64,000 bases of DNA from Octopus sinensis (Eukaryota): positions 94,550,001 through 94,614,000 of the forward strand of contig NC_043004.1 in assembly GCF_006345805.1 (NCBI RefSeq), written 5' to 3'. The position numbers and the translations under genes were made by a program. This document shows positions 53,017 through 64,000 of this stretch, piece by piece (within the stretch, counting starts at the first letter, position 1; each line of letters opens with the position of its first letter). Under the pieces are notes generated by a model, which was not told the origin of the DNA, searched no databases, and saw only the letters and a list, made by a program, of their open reading frames with translations.

Positions 53017-53412
53017 CAGGAGTGGCTGTGTGGTAAGTAGCTTGCTTACCAACCACATGGTTCCGGGTTCAGTCCCACTGCATGGTATCTTGGGCAAGTG
53101 TCTTCTACTATAGCCTTGGGCTGACCAAAGTCTTGTGAGTGGATTTGGTAGATGGAAACTGAAAGAAGCCCGTTGTATATACGTATATATTTATGTGTCT
53201 GTGTATATGTTTGTGTGTCTGTCCCTCCAGCATTGCTTGACAACTGATCCTGGTGTGTTTATGTCCCCATAACTTAGCTGTTCGGCAAAAGAGACCGATA
53301 GAATAAGTACTGGGCTTACAAAGAATAAGTCCTGGGGTTGATTTGCTCGACTAAAAAGGAGGTACTCCAGCATGGCGTAGTCGAATGACTGAAACAAGTA
53401 AAAGAGTAAAAG
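53017..53412 (+). mobile_element. SINE family C, full length
   Basis: CAGGAGTGGCTGTGTGGTAAGTAGC..GAAACAAGTAAAAGAGTAAAAGA. Confidence 0.9.
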
Positions 53413-53899
53413 ATTTCACCACCTTATATAGATTACAAATCTTTACATACTTCCACTTTATTCATGCACAGGCTGCTACACTTTTTTTAGAACCACCTCC
53501 AGCACTAATTGCACCACTTAAGGAGTAGAACTAATCAATCTCTTTTAGGAAGCTAGCTGAGAAAGACCTTAATGCAGCACAGAAGGGGGCTGATGAAAAT
53601 ATGCAATTTTCATGCTGGATAATTTCCTGCTCGCTGCTATCAGCCCACACGTACACGGCAATCAAGATACACAAAGTCAGAAGGATTGTGACTCTAGATT
53701 CACAATCAGTGACAATCAATATAAGTAATGAAATATCATTTCTTGCTCATATCACGAAGTTGGTAACTATGAGTAAATTGTTAGCAGGATGGATTTTAGG
53801 ATCATTTAGAATGAGAGAACGAGAAACTATGTTGGTCATTAATTTTCTTTGTTAACTTCTATCCTACTTTAGAATTCATATCTACCCTTTCCCAAACCT

Positions 53900-55400
53900 C
53901 TGTCAACTTCTTAGACATTTGTGTCTACATTGACGACTTACCTTTTCAGCTCTTCCTATTATAAACTGACTTACTCCTTCTCCTATCCTGATTTCACCTT
54001 ATCCCACCAAATCACCTGTCTCCTTTTTATCATTCCTCCATCTGTGTCATCTCTGTATCTGGAACTGCTCACACTGTCACATCTTCACTATTCACTGCTC
54101 TTTTGCCTTGCTGCTCTGTATCTGACTCACTTCTACCTGCCCCACTTTCTCATCACTTTCCATCCTGTTACCTGATCACTCCGGCACAACTTCCATCCCC
54201 TCTAATCAAACACTGATACATCCTACATCTTTCTTGAATGCTCACTTCCAGCCTTCAAATCAACCTACAACCTTTTGGTCTACAGTTTCTTTCTACTCTC
54301 CAAACCCAATTCAGATCCTTGTCCTGATTCCTCTTCCATTGAAACACCCATCCCTTTATCCACAACATCAGCACTCACATAGCCTTGGTTCACCTTTAAT
54401 AGACTCCTTCATCTGTACCTCCAAAAATATCCTACTTTATAAAATGCTAACTATGTAGCGTATTGTAGAAAGGTAAACTTGGTCATAGGCTGGTTGATTG
54501 CTTCAGGGAAATTTTTTGATGTTTGATGAAGAAGCAATGACTCAGAAAAGCTTGTTACTCATAACTTCAATCCTTCAGACCCTTCCCATCAGTATCTTGA
54601 TGTCTCCAGTCTTATACAACACCATAGTATTCCCATATCATGTTTTAGTCATTCATCATCATCATCATTATCGTTTAACGTCCGCTTTCTATGCTAGTAT
54701 GGGTTGGACGAATGACTGCACCAGGCTCTAGTCTTGATCTTGCAGAGTTTCTACAGCTGGATGTTCTTCCTAACGCTAACCACTCCGAGAGTGTAGTGGG
54801 TGCTTTTATGTGCCACCGGCATGGGGACAGTTAGGCGGTACTGACGACTTCACTCGAATCTTTTACACATGCCACTGGCACAGGTGCCAGTAAGGCAATG
54901 CTGGTAACGATCACGCTCGGATGGTGTTTTTTACATGCCACCGGCACGGAGGCTTTATCTCCACTTAACACAACTACTCCATTTGGTATCAATAACTGAA
55001 CTGTTTTCCACTAACACCTCTCATATACACAATCTCCCACTTTTTCTTTTCACACTTACATATATACATGCACAACTTACAATACACACATGTATCTACA
55101 CATATACATACATATACTCACAATTTCTTCCCTGTTGAACTCCCAAACACTAACAGTTGTAACCCTTCACTTTGTGTTCTTTTCTGTTAAAATACTCTTG
55201 ACCCTGATTACTTACTGTCTAGTATTAACCACCAGCTTCTTTCTTAATAACACCAACTAAGTTTTAACTGTCTTAAAGCACTTTTCTTCTCTTCACTTTC
55301 CTCCTGCATTGACAAAAGACAACTATCCAAAACGTCAACTAATCATAATTTTTCTTCAGTGACTTTGCACTCTTGCTTGTTGTCTCTTTTTTGTTCACCC
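53900..55400 (+). mobile_element. Decayed Penelope-like element 3' part (GIY-YIG region and terminal repeat), interrupted by a LINE 3' end at ~54652-54950
   Basis: SFICTSKNI..C..L*KG..GHRLVDCFRE..HNFNP resembles FTCTSxNVIYC..YIGETGRRL.DRFREH..HFN. Decayed TTGACAAAAGAC..CCAAAACGTC motif at ~55308-55336. Confidence 0.5.
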
Positions 55401-56249
55401 TACCCCTGTTCTTATTTTGTGAGCCCCTCTGGATAGGCATTAGTTATTGTTGGTTTACTTCACTCTGTTCTTCCCCATGAGACCTATTTATTGCATGACT
55501 GTAGCTGATTACATCCAAAATCTAGGCATTAATAATACTGCTGGGCATCATGTCTTCAATGTGTGCATGTAGCACTAAAATTTAAAACTTTAGATATATG
55601 GTTCACTGAGTGTAATTTGACTATTATATTGGTCAGGTAAAATTACTATTCTGTTATTCGTTTACGTGTTCCAGTCGTTCGACTGTGACCTTCCTGAGGC
55701 ATTGATGCAAAGAGTTTAGTTGCTGAAATCAGCTCAGTACTTATTTTCAGTCTAGTACATATTCATTCTATTATTCTCTTTTTGCCAAACTGCTAGGTTA
55801 TAAAACTGTAAACACTCGAATGCTATAAGAGAGAAACACAAACACAATGATGTATGCACGCAATATATACTTATATAAATACATCCATACATGTGTATAT
55901 GTGTGTTTGTGAGAATATGTGTGTATGTGTGTGTAAGCCAGTCATATATATATGTACCTGCCTACCTACCTACCTACTTACCTACCTATCTACCTATGTA
56001 ATTACCTGCTTACCTACCTACCTACCCACCTACCTACCTATCTATCTACCTATGTAATTACATGCTTTCCTACCTAACTACCTACCTACCTACCTACCTA
56101 TCTACCTTCCTTCCTATGTAAATACCTACATACCTACATATGTAATTACATTACCTACTTACCTATAAACCTATGTAATTACTTGCTTACCTATCTACCT
56201 ATATACCTACCTACCTACCTACCTATCTACCTACTTACCTACCTACCTA

Positions 56250-56585
56250 TATAATAACTGGCACTCTGTCAGTTATGGCGACAAGTGTTCCATTTGATCC
56301 AACCAATGAACGGAACAGTCCCCTTGTGAAATTAACTTGCAATGGCTGAGTATTCCACAGACACGTCTAACCTTAACATAGTTCTCAGAGAAGTTCAGCA
56401 TGACACAGAATGTAACAAAGTTGGCCCTTTAAAATACAACTACTACCCATTTTTTGCCAGCCGAGTGGACTGGAGCAATGTGAAATAAAGTGTCTTGCCC
56501 AAAGACACAACACACTGTTGGTTTTCTAACTCATGATTCTAAGATCATGATCCGATTACCCAGCTGCTAAGCCACGTGCCTTCAC
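56250..56585 (-). mobile_element. CORE-type SINE, old copy
   Basis: Minus strand GTGAAGGCACGTGGCTTAGC..TGTGTCTTTGGGCAAGACACTTTATTTCACATTGCTCCAGTCCACTCGGCTGGC. Confidence 0.7.
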
Positions 56586-56818
56586 ATATATACATACATA
56601 CTTTAACACACACACATGCACAAACACACACACACACAAACACACACATATACATGACTGGCTTCCACACAGTTTCTTTATACTCAATTCACCTTGATTC
56701 ACTCATAAAGCATTGGTCTTAATATGCTGTTGTATTGATAATATTTAATATAGTTAAAATGCTGATGGTGACAACAACAACAATGACAACTGTGATGACG
56801 ATGGTGACGATATTGATA

Positions 56819-56850
<32 letters not shown>

Positions 56851-56959
56851 AATGATATTTATCGTGGTTCTATTGCTTTGAGTTTTGCTATTTTTAAAAC
56901 AGAAATCAATCGGTTTGTGTACCGGAATCAGTAGCACAAAGGACACAAATTCTATGTAC

Positions 56960-57215
56960 ATTCTGTGCCAGTGGCACGTAGAAAGCATCAACCGATCATA
57001 GCCGTTGCCAGCCTCTCCTGGCACCTGTGCCGGTGGCACGTAAAATGCACCCACTACATTCACGGAGTGGTTGGCGTTAGGAAGGATATCCAGCTGTAGA
57101 AACACTGGCAGACCAGACTGGAGCCTGGTGCAGCCTCCTGGCTTCCCAGACCCCGGTTGAACTCTCCAACCCATGCTAGCATGAAAAATGGATGTTAACG
57201 ATGATGATGATGATG
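56960..57215 (+). mobile_element. RTE-type LINE 3' end with (GAT)n tail
   Basis: Same family as 12345-12690. Confidence 0.85.
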
Positions 57216-58705
57216 ATTAAGAGGTTCTCCTCACAGTCAAAGATTAAAATCTGCAAGGGTAGACTTAGGTTTTTATCTTTTTGGGGGATAGATTCAATAA
57301 GTTCCAGTTCAATACTGGTTGATATTGAGTTGATTAAATCTGCTGCCCACCTGTTTCGACATTGTGGACTTGTTCCAGAGGTTGATATTTTCAAGATAAC
57401 AGTGAATTTGTTGAATAAAATGCTGTTGTTATCTTCTATGTGTTAAGGAAGCTATGTAGATAATTCTTTGTAAGTTGGTGCATTATCATATTTCGTTGTA
57501 TTACATAATGCTTTTGTGTTATGGTGATATTGAAAAGAAAAATTTAAATACAAACATTTACATATATTGAGATGATAAAAGGAAAATTAGAAAAATTCAG
57601 TAAAAGATATATATCAGGAGATTATATGAAATTGTAAGACAGGAAATATTTCTTGTATTTTTGGTAATATAAAGCATTTGCATATAATACATGCAATGTG
57701 TATAAATATATATACATATATACAAATATATATATATATATATATAATATATATATATATATACATACATACATACATACACACATATATATATATATAT
57801 GCATACATACATATATATAAATACAAATATAACATATATATGCATGTATGTATATGTAGTTATGTGTGTATATATTAATAGAAATACATACATAAACAAA
57901 TACTTCTTCAAGCACATTTATATGTAAACTCATATTTATGTCTCTGCATTCACATAATATATTAACTTATATTAAATATGTATGTTCCGTATGGTCCTAT
58001 ATATACACTCTGTATAAATATATATATTAATTTCCATGACTGCTTATATACACATGTTAACACACACACACATATACACACATATATACACAAATATATG
58101 CATAAATACATACAAACATAAATTTATATACACACATATATATATATATATATATGTGTGTGTTATGTGTATGGGGAGGGTACATGTGAATGTATTAATA
58201 ATGGTTGAATGCTGTGGAATTAAAATGCTAGAGAAAAGACACATTTGTTTGCTTATCCTCCTATAGAATGGTGAAGCATTTGGCAAGTTTGTGCAGGGGT
58301 GTGTGAAAGAACAGTGACCAGAGTCATAATTTAGAAATTCCATGAAAATTTCACGAAAATATATATGAACATTAGAAATTAAATCAAGGCTGATTTGTGA
58401 TCCAAAATATGCTTGCACTCACTTGAGTGCATGACCACCCCTCACTCTCTTGCGTGCATTACTGCATGTAAGAATATATATAAATATATGCAATCTCACT
58501 TGCAAAAATAAGAATACATTCATGCATTAAGTTACATACATACACACAGATATCAATATATGTGTATATGTGTGGCAGCATGATTTAAATGCGTACGTAT
58601 ATTATAGATATATGCATGCGTAGACAAGAATATGTGAACCTAAATGTGTAAATATATATATATATACTTAGATGAGTATATTTATCTATCTAGCTGTCTC
58701 TCCTC

Positions 58706-58805
58706 NNNNNNNNNNNNNNNNNNNNNNNNNNNNNNNNNNNNNNNNNNNNNNNNNNNNNNNNNNNNNNNNNNNNNNNNNNNNNNNNNNNNNNNNNNNNNNN
58801 NNNNN
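58706..58805. other. Assembly gap (100 N)
   Basis: Run of exactly 100 N, a scaffolding spacer. Confidence 0.99.
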
Positions 58806-60149
58806 CTCTTCTTAAATGTTTTAACAGAGCAAGAGGATAAATGAATTTCATGATGTCACTATTGTAGCAAAAATATCTAAGATAAGAACAAAACATGTTT
58901 AGAGTGGCACACAGAGTGGGGTATAATAGGGGTGTAATTAATTTCTACTTTATCTATCTCCTTATCATCAACAAAAAATTTGAGACTAGAAATCTGTGTA
59001 TATCTAGAATAAAGAGCAAAGTGAGTTAACACCTCATAGCTGGTCATAAATTTCATATTATCACAGGTACCCACCAACCTATAAGAAAAAGAAACGAAAC
59101 TTTAGGAGTGAATTAGATAATAATAAATGTCTATAAGAACTTAATTCGTAACACTATGGAAATTTAGGATGCTACAATGAGATCCAGGAAAACATTAGTG
59201 GCTCAGGAGGTTATTGTTTATAAACAATATTATCTATATAGAATAAAAAGAAATATAAAATTTTTTTTAAATTTACAAAGGGATTTATTAATGAATTTAA
59301 GCATTAAAGAGAAGATTACTATTATATAGAATCAACTTAATACCTCATCTTTACTTAATCAGTTATTAGGTAGTCACTATAAAGACCACTCAAACCACTT
59401 ACAAAAGGAATTTATCTGGAAAGGTATACATACTTACTATCTAATTATTGGAATTAAGGAATCAGAAGCATGATAGTAAGATAAATAATAATATATAGAC
59501 ATAATTAAATCTAAGTATACTAGAAAAATATGTACCGGTATAGGTAGGTGTAATAGTATAGAAATAAGGCATACAGATACTTATACAAAAAGGGATTTAT
59601 ATATATATATATATGCTTATGTAAATAATAATATAGTATAATTATTTAGTGTAAATATAAGTAACTGAAAAATATCCATTTAAGAACAGGCAACTATATA
59701 TATCCTTAAATCCTTAAAATTGTTTTAGCCCGAAGGCCGCGGCCATGCTGGGGCACCACCGCTGAATGAGCTACACTAATATGTGAATCCACCTATGATA
59801 CGTGGCAGTATATATATTTATATTAATGTCCCAAAAATTCATATGCACTTCAACAACTGATAAATCAGTCATATTTGATGTAACCCATTAAAAATACTGA
59901 ATGAAACCAGACTATACTTTTGACCCAAGAAATTTTCTTAAAATCACACTGGAAATTTGAAAATCCAGTCAAAGTACAAAGAGAGTTTTGGCAGGTGTTT
60001 TCCAGGTGTTTTGTTGGTCAATACTCAAATGTCTTATGAGAAATATTCCTGACTCCTGTCACAAATCAAGTAAGTGTTGTAGAAAATGATAGGTCAAGAA
60101 AGTCTACATAGGATGCAAGCTATTCACTATGAATTTCAAAATGAAGCAT

Positions 60150-60944
60150 CCATCTCCTTTTGAAGCACTGTTGTTAATAAAAGTTATATTCTTAGAATAG
60201 TTTGCTTCTCAATGAAGATGATTGAGATCAAAGAGTGAAGTTCTGCATGTGCTATTTGGAAAGCCGTGAAGGGGGTGAACACTTTTCAACAAAGGTTACT
60301 TAGAGTGATGAGGTTACATTTAAATTAAATGGTTCCATGATCACCACAGTTGCCCATGTTGAGTACTTGAGAATCTACATGTTAAGGTGGAACTGCAGTA
60401 TGGTACAGATTATCATGGAATGGATTAATTTAACAATCCAATTTTGATGGTAGTGTGACAGGTCCCATTTACTTGAATTTTGTAGCGACAATCTATCATG
60501 TCAAGCTATCAAGATGTGCAGTTTTATGGCCAGCAAGATGTGAGTGCATACCTTCATGAGATTTTGCCAAACAGGTGGGTTAGGTGAAGAAGATCAGTAG
60601 AATAACCACCACATTCACCAGATCTCAAACCATAAGATCTCTTTTTATGGAATACTTAAAAGATAAAGATTACTGTACAAAACCCACATTGGTCAACACA
60701 TTTGAGGGCAGTCAATGAGAATATTCACAAATGCTAACCAAAATCTCATTTGGTATTTGTAATAGCATTGCTGCACTTTATCAGCAATGCCAAAACAGAA
60801 CATACCGCAGTTTGAAAGCAAGCATTCATAAAATGAATTCTTTCTGTACATTTTATTAACTTCTGAAAATAAAGTGTATTTTAATGAACACTGATGTTAT
60901 AATCATACAAGTTTTGTATACATTTTAGTGTGGTGGAAGCACCC

Positions 60945-60948
<4 letters not shown>
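60150..60948 (+). mobile_element. Decayed Tc1/mariner-superfamily transposon fragment
   Basis: SDEVTFKLNG (60304-60333), PPHSPDLKP*DLFLW (60606-60650), 3' end CACCCTGTA. 5' TIR not recognised. Confidence 0.65.
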
Positions 60949-60986
<38 letters not shown>

Positions 60987-61993
60987 TGTGTGCTTGTGTT
61001 TATGTATTCATATAAATATTTGTATGTATGTATATGTATGTATGTATGTATGTATGTATGCATGAATATATGAATGTATATATGCGTGTATTTATGTATA
61101 TACGCATATATATACACACACACATATCTATAATTGTATGTAGGTGTCTTTGTGATAGCTTGTTTCCCCCGTTGACTGACTACCAATTTTTGATTATCTT
61201 ACATCAACATAACTATGTAACTTAGCAGTTCAGCAAACAGACCAATAGAATAAATAGATTGGCTTAAAAAAATACGCTCTAGTTTCAATTTGTTTGACCA
61301 AAAACTCTCCATGTCTGCAGTTTCATGATTGAAAGAATTAAACAAAATGTAAAATAGATACACACTCACCCAAACACACACCTACACACACATACACACC
61401 TACACACAAACACACACAACCACACACACCTACACACAAACACACACACATGCACACGCACATGTACACACACATATATATGAATATGCGTGGGCATGAA
61501 AAGTTGTTCAAACAGTAATATCTATCTTTTCTATTTTTCTATTTATCTATTCCTCCCCCCACACACACACATATAAGTGCATGTGCACTGATATGAATGT
61601 GATTTTGGTTGGTCCATCTGTTTTACCTTAGGAACATGAGAAAATTTATTTCTTGCACAGTTACTTCATAGCAACTGTAGAATCATATTTAATCTATTTC
61701 TCATTTATTTCATAGTTAATAAAAATCAGAAAGTTGCAATCATATATACGTATCTCAATCTAAACTTGACTTCCTCTATGCAATGCCTAATTTATGGCTA
61801 TGAGAATCAAGATACATATAACTTTTCATATTAGGAAGATAATGAATGTTACCACAGAATTGTTTTTTAGTTACATACTTATATAAACATATTTTCGCAT
61901 CAACTTTTCTATGCTTGCCTGAACATGAAGAAAGTTATTTTGAAGCAGATTTTCTATATGCTAGAATCTAGCATATAGAAAATATATTATATA

Positions 61994-62140
61994 GAGGGTA
62001 CTATTATTCATAGGTACCGCACGCTGGGAGGGACTTTTGCAGTCAAAACTACTAAAATAAACAAATTGTACCGAATGCAAAACTTCAAAGCAAGTCAAAG
62101 TCCCTCCCAGCGTGCGGTACCTATGAATAATAGTACCCTC
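61994..62140. mobile_element. 147-bp MITE with perfect 44-bp TIRs
   Basis: GAGGGTACTATTATTCATAGGTACCGCACGCTGGGAGGGACTTT (61994-62037) and its exact reverse complement (62097-62140), TATA on both sides. Confidence 0.85.
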
Positions 62141-62578
62141 TATATAATATAAATAAATATTTTCAAAGTGGAAAAATTTACAGATTTTTTCTCTTACGAG
62201 GTTTTTCACGCTAACTACTGATAATTTCTTATAAAGATTTTACCCTTAATTTTAAATTTATAGAAAATATAGATGGTCGCCTTTAACCAATCTTCATCTA
62301 TCCATTATGAAGTTAGGTAATATTTCGCCAAGCCCAGATCCGGCAATCAATGAACATCCCAAGGGGTGGGCATGTTTATGTGAAAAATTGAAAACGAATA
62401 CTACCATTTGCATGAAATTGGGCTTTGGTTTCAAATTGGTCCAAATAGTAAAACAAGGAAAGAATATAGACACACTCAAACATGTACTTACACACACACA
62501 CGCACACGTACACATGTGTCGTTCGTATGTACATACACACACACTCACACACACATATCTATATAGTATAAATAATAT

Positions 62579-62820
62579 GGAGGCGCAATGGCCTAGTGGT
62601 TAGGGCAGCGGACTCGCGGTCGCAGGATTGCGGTTTCGATTCCCAGACCGGGCGTTGTGAGTGTTTATTGAGCAAAAACACCTAAAAGCTCCACGAGTCT
62701 CCGGCAGGGGGTGGTGATCCCTGCTGTACTCTTTCACCACTCTTTCTCCCACTCTTTCTTCTGTTGGCTTGCTCACTTAGCCAGCGGGGTGGCGTCATTC
62801 GAAGGCTAAAACAATGCGAA
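62579..62820 (+). mobile_element. Young tRNA-Arg-derived CORE-type SINE (OR-like octopus family, inferred)
   Basis: A box TGGCCTAGTGG, anticodon-like ACTCGCG (TCG), B box GGTTTCGATTCC, then ~170 bp of non-tRNA body. Confidence 0.75.
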
Positions 62821-64000
62821 CGTGATAAATAATATATAGATATATGCATATATACATACATATATGTACATACCTACACATATATGCATATATGGGTACA
62901 GAACATCAAAAAAAAACCTCGAACACAACAAAAACATAAAAACAAAATCATAGAAAACGAACTTTATTTTGAACAGCGAAAAAACAACAGAGAAATGAGA
63001 CGTGCAACATAAAGAATATTCCCCTTCATCAGTTGTCCTTGTTACATCTATTCTGCATTTCAAAGGCAAGGACAACTCGTGACTTCGTTAAAACAGTCCT
63101 TCACACAAAGGAAATTAATTAAAATTTTGGATTTTCGTGAAGGGTGAAAGTGGTAGCAAGAATAGGACAGTGAGAACAAGGCAGTAAAAACAAATGGTGA
63201 GGGTTGTTAAGCGAAGACGATAGAAAAATTATTATGAACGCTAGGAGGACGAGGAGAAAGGTATAAGCATGTGTTGTCTTTAGGAAGGAAATGGGCAGAA
63301 AGATAGATTCCCTTTCATCCTGTGTCAGCGACGAGAGAGTCAAGGAGGAAGAGTGAGAGAGAGAGGGAATGGTGAAGAGGAGAGGAGAAGAATAGGGAAG
63401 GGTGAGAGAGAAAACCAGAAAGGATGAAGCACAAGAGAGGGAGAGAGATAGACAGAGAAGAGATAGTAGAAATAGAAGAATGCACATCGTAATTATTAAG
63501 GTAAAGCTTACTTGGAAAAGGATGCGTGGTCAAATATTCCATGTGTTAACATGTGCCTCCTAATGACAATGCAAACTTCATTTAACCAAAATTCCCTTGG
63601 CTTGAAGAGTAGCATGTGGTATACACCTTGCCTGGATACTTACCACTTCCGAGGTTCTGCTCGCTATGAAACATATGTAGCCCAGATTTTATCTGCTCCA
63701 TTCTCTTAACTCCTTTTAATTTTTAATTTCATACCTGGCAAACCTGGTTGCCTACTATGAAATATAATATAATCTTTTTCAACTTATCGTACATTTATAC
63801 AGAAAAAAATTCACAACCTTCCACCCCCGTAAACCACTATTTACAGATTGCTTGATGTTCACTTTCTTCCTACACCTCGATCCTTAGATCCTACCATTAT
63901 ATATATGTACGTGTGTGGGCAATAAATTGGGAGGTGGTGACAAGTGACAATCCTGTAACTAATAAAATTTTATAAACTTTAAACTTATAAGCAATCACTG

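Noticed and set aside
53531-53719. Signal-peptide-like minus-strand ORF (ILLTLCILIAVYVWA) as a secreted peptide
   Set aside because: The ORF has no ATG start, the donor is weak and there are no dibasic or amidation sites. It could be an exon but I cannot support it.
62579-62655. tRNA-Arg(TCG) gene
   Set aside because: No proper acceptor stem or Pol III T-run terminator, and it continues directly into a SINE body.
63020-63080. CTGATGA preceded by a 9-bp stem (minus strand) as a hammerhead
   Set aside because: No stem II-GAAA follows and no UH precedes the stem.

Overview
AT-rich, microsatellite-saturated, mostly non-coding eukaryotic DNA. The SINE/LINE families suggest an octopus (inference, no search run). 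I cannot identify any protein-coding gene with confidence. Almost all ORFs in the supplied track are translations of (TA)n, (CA)n, (TAT)n, (GAT)n or (TATC)n repeats, and there are only weak candidate exons. The window is a layered collection of mobile elements: at least three tRNA-headed SINE families, many RTE-type LINE 3' ends with (GAT)n tails, L1/Tx1-type 3' ends, an R4/Dong-like fragment in (TAA)n, Penelope-like (PLE) remnants, a full-length decayed mariner, a Tc1/mariner remnant, a complete non-autonomous Helitron, several MITEs and satellites. Three things stand out. (1) A 361-nt tandem and inverted repeat at 30941-32113 carries a minimal type I hammerhead ribozyme with a compensatory U3:A8 core in each unit, i.e. 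a retrozyme-like candidate circRNA element. Further hammerhead motifs occur at ~9.1/9.3 kb and 32.6 kb. (2) A 2.36-kb ORF1-only (HAL1-like) retroposon with a 16-bp TSD sits inside a SINE head, and its frameshifts mostly fall in homopolymers. (3) A SINE, a LINE and the ORF1-only element share one 3' terminal motif. All calls come from reading the sequence by eye, and many element boundaries are approximate.
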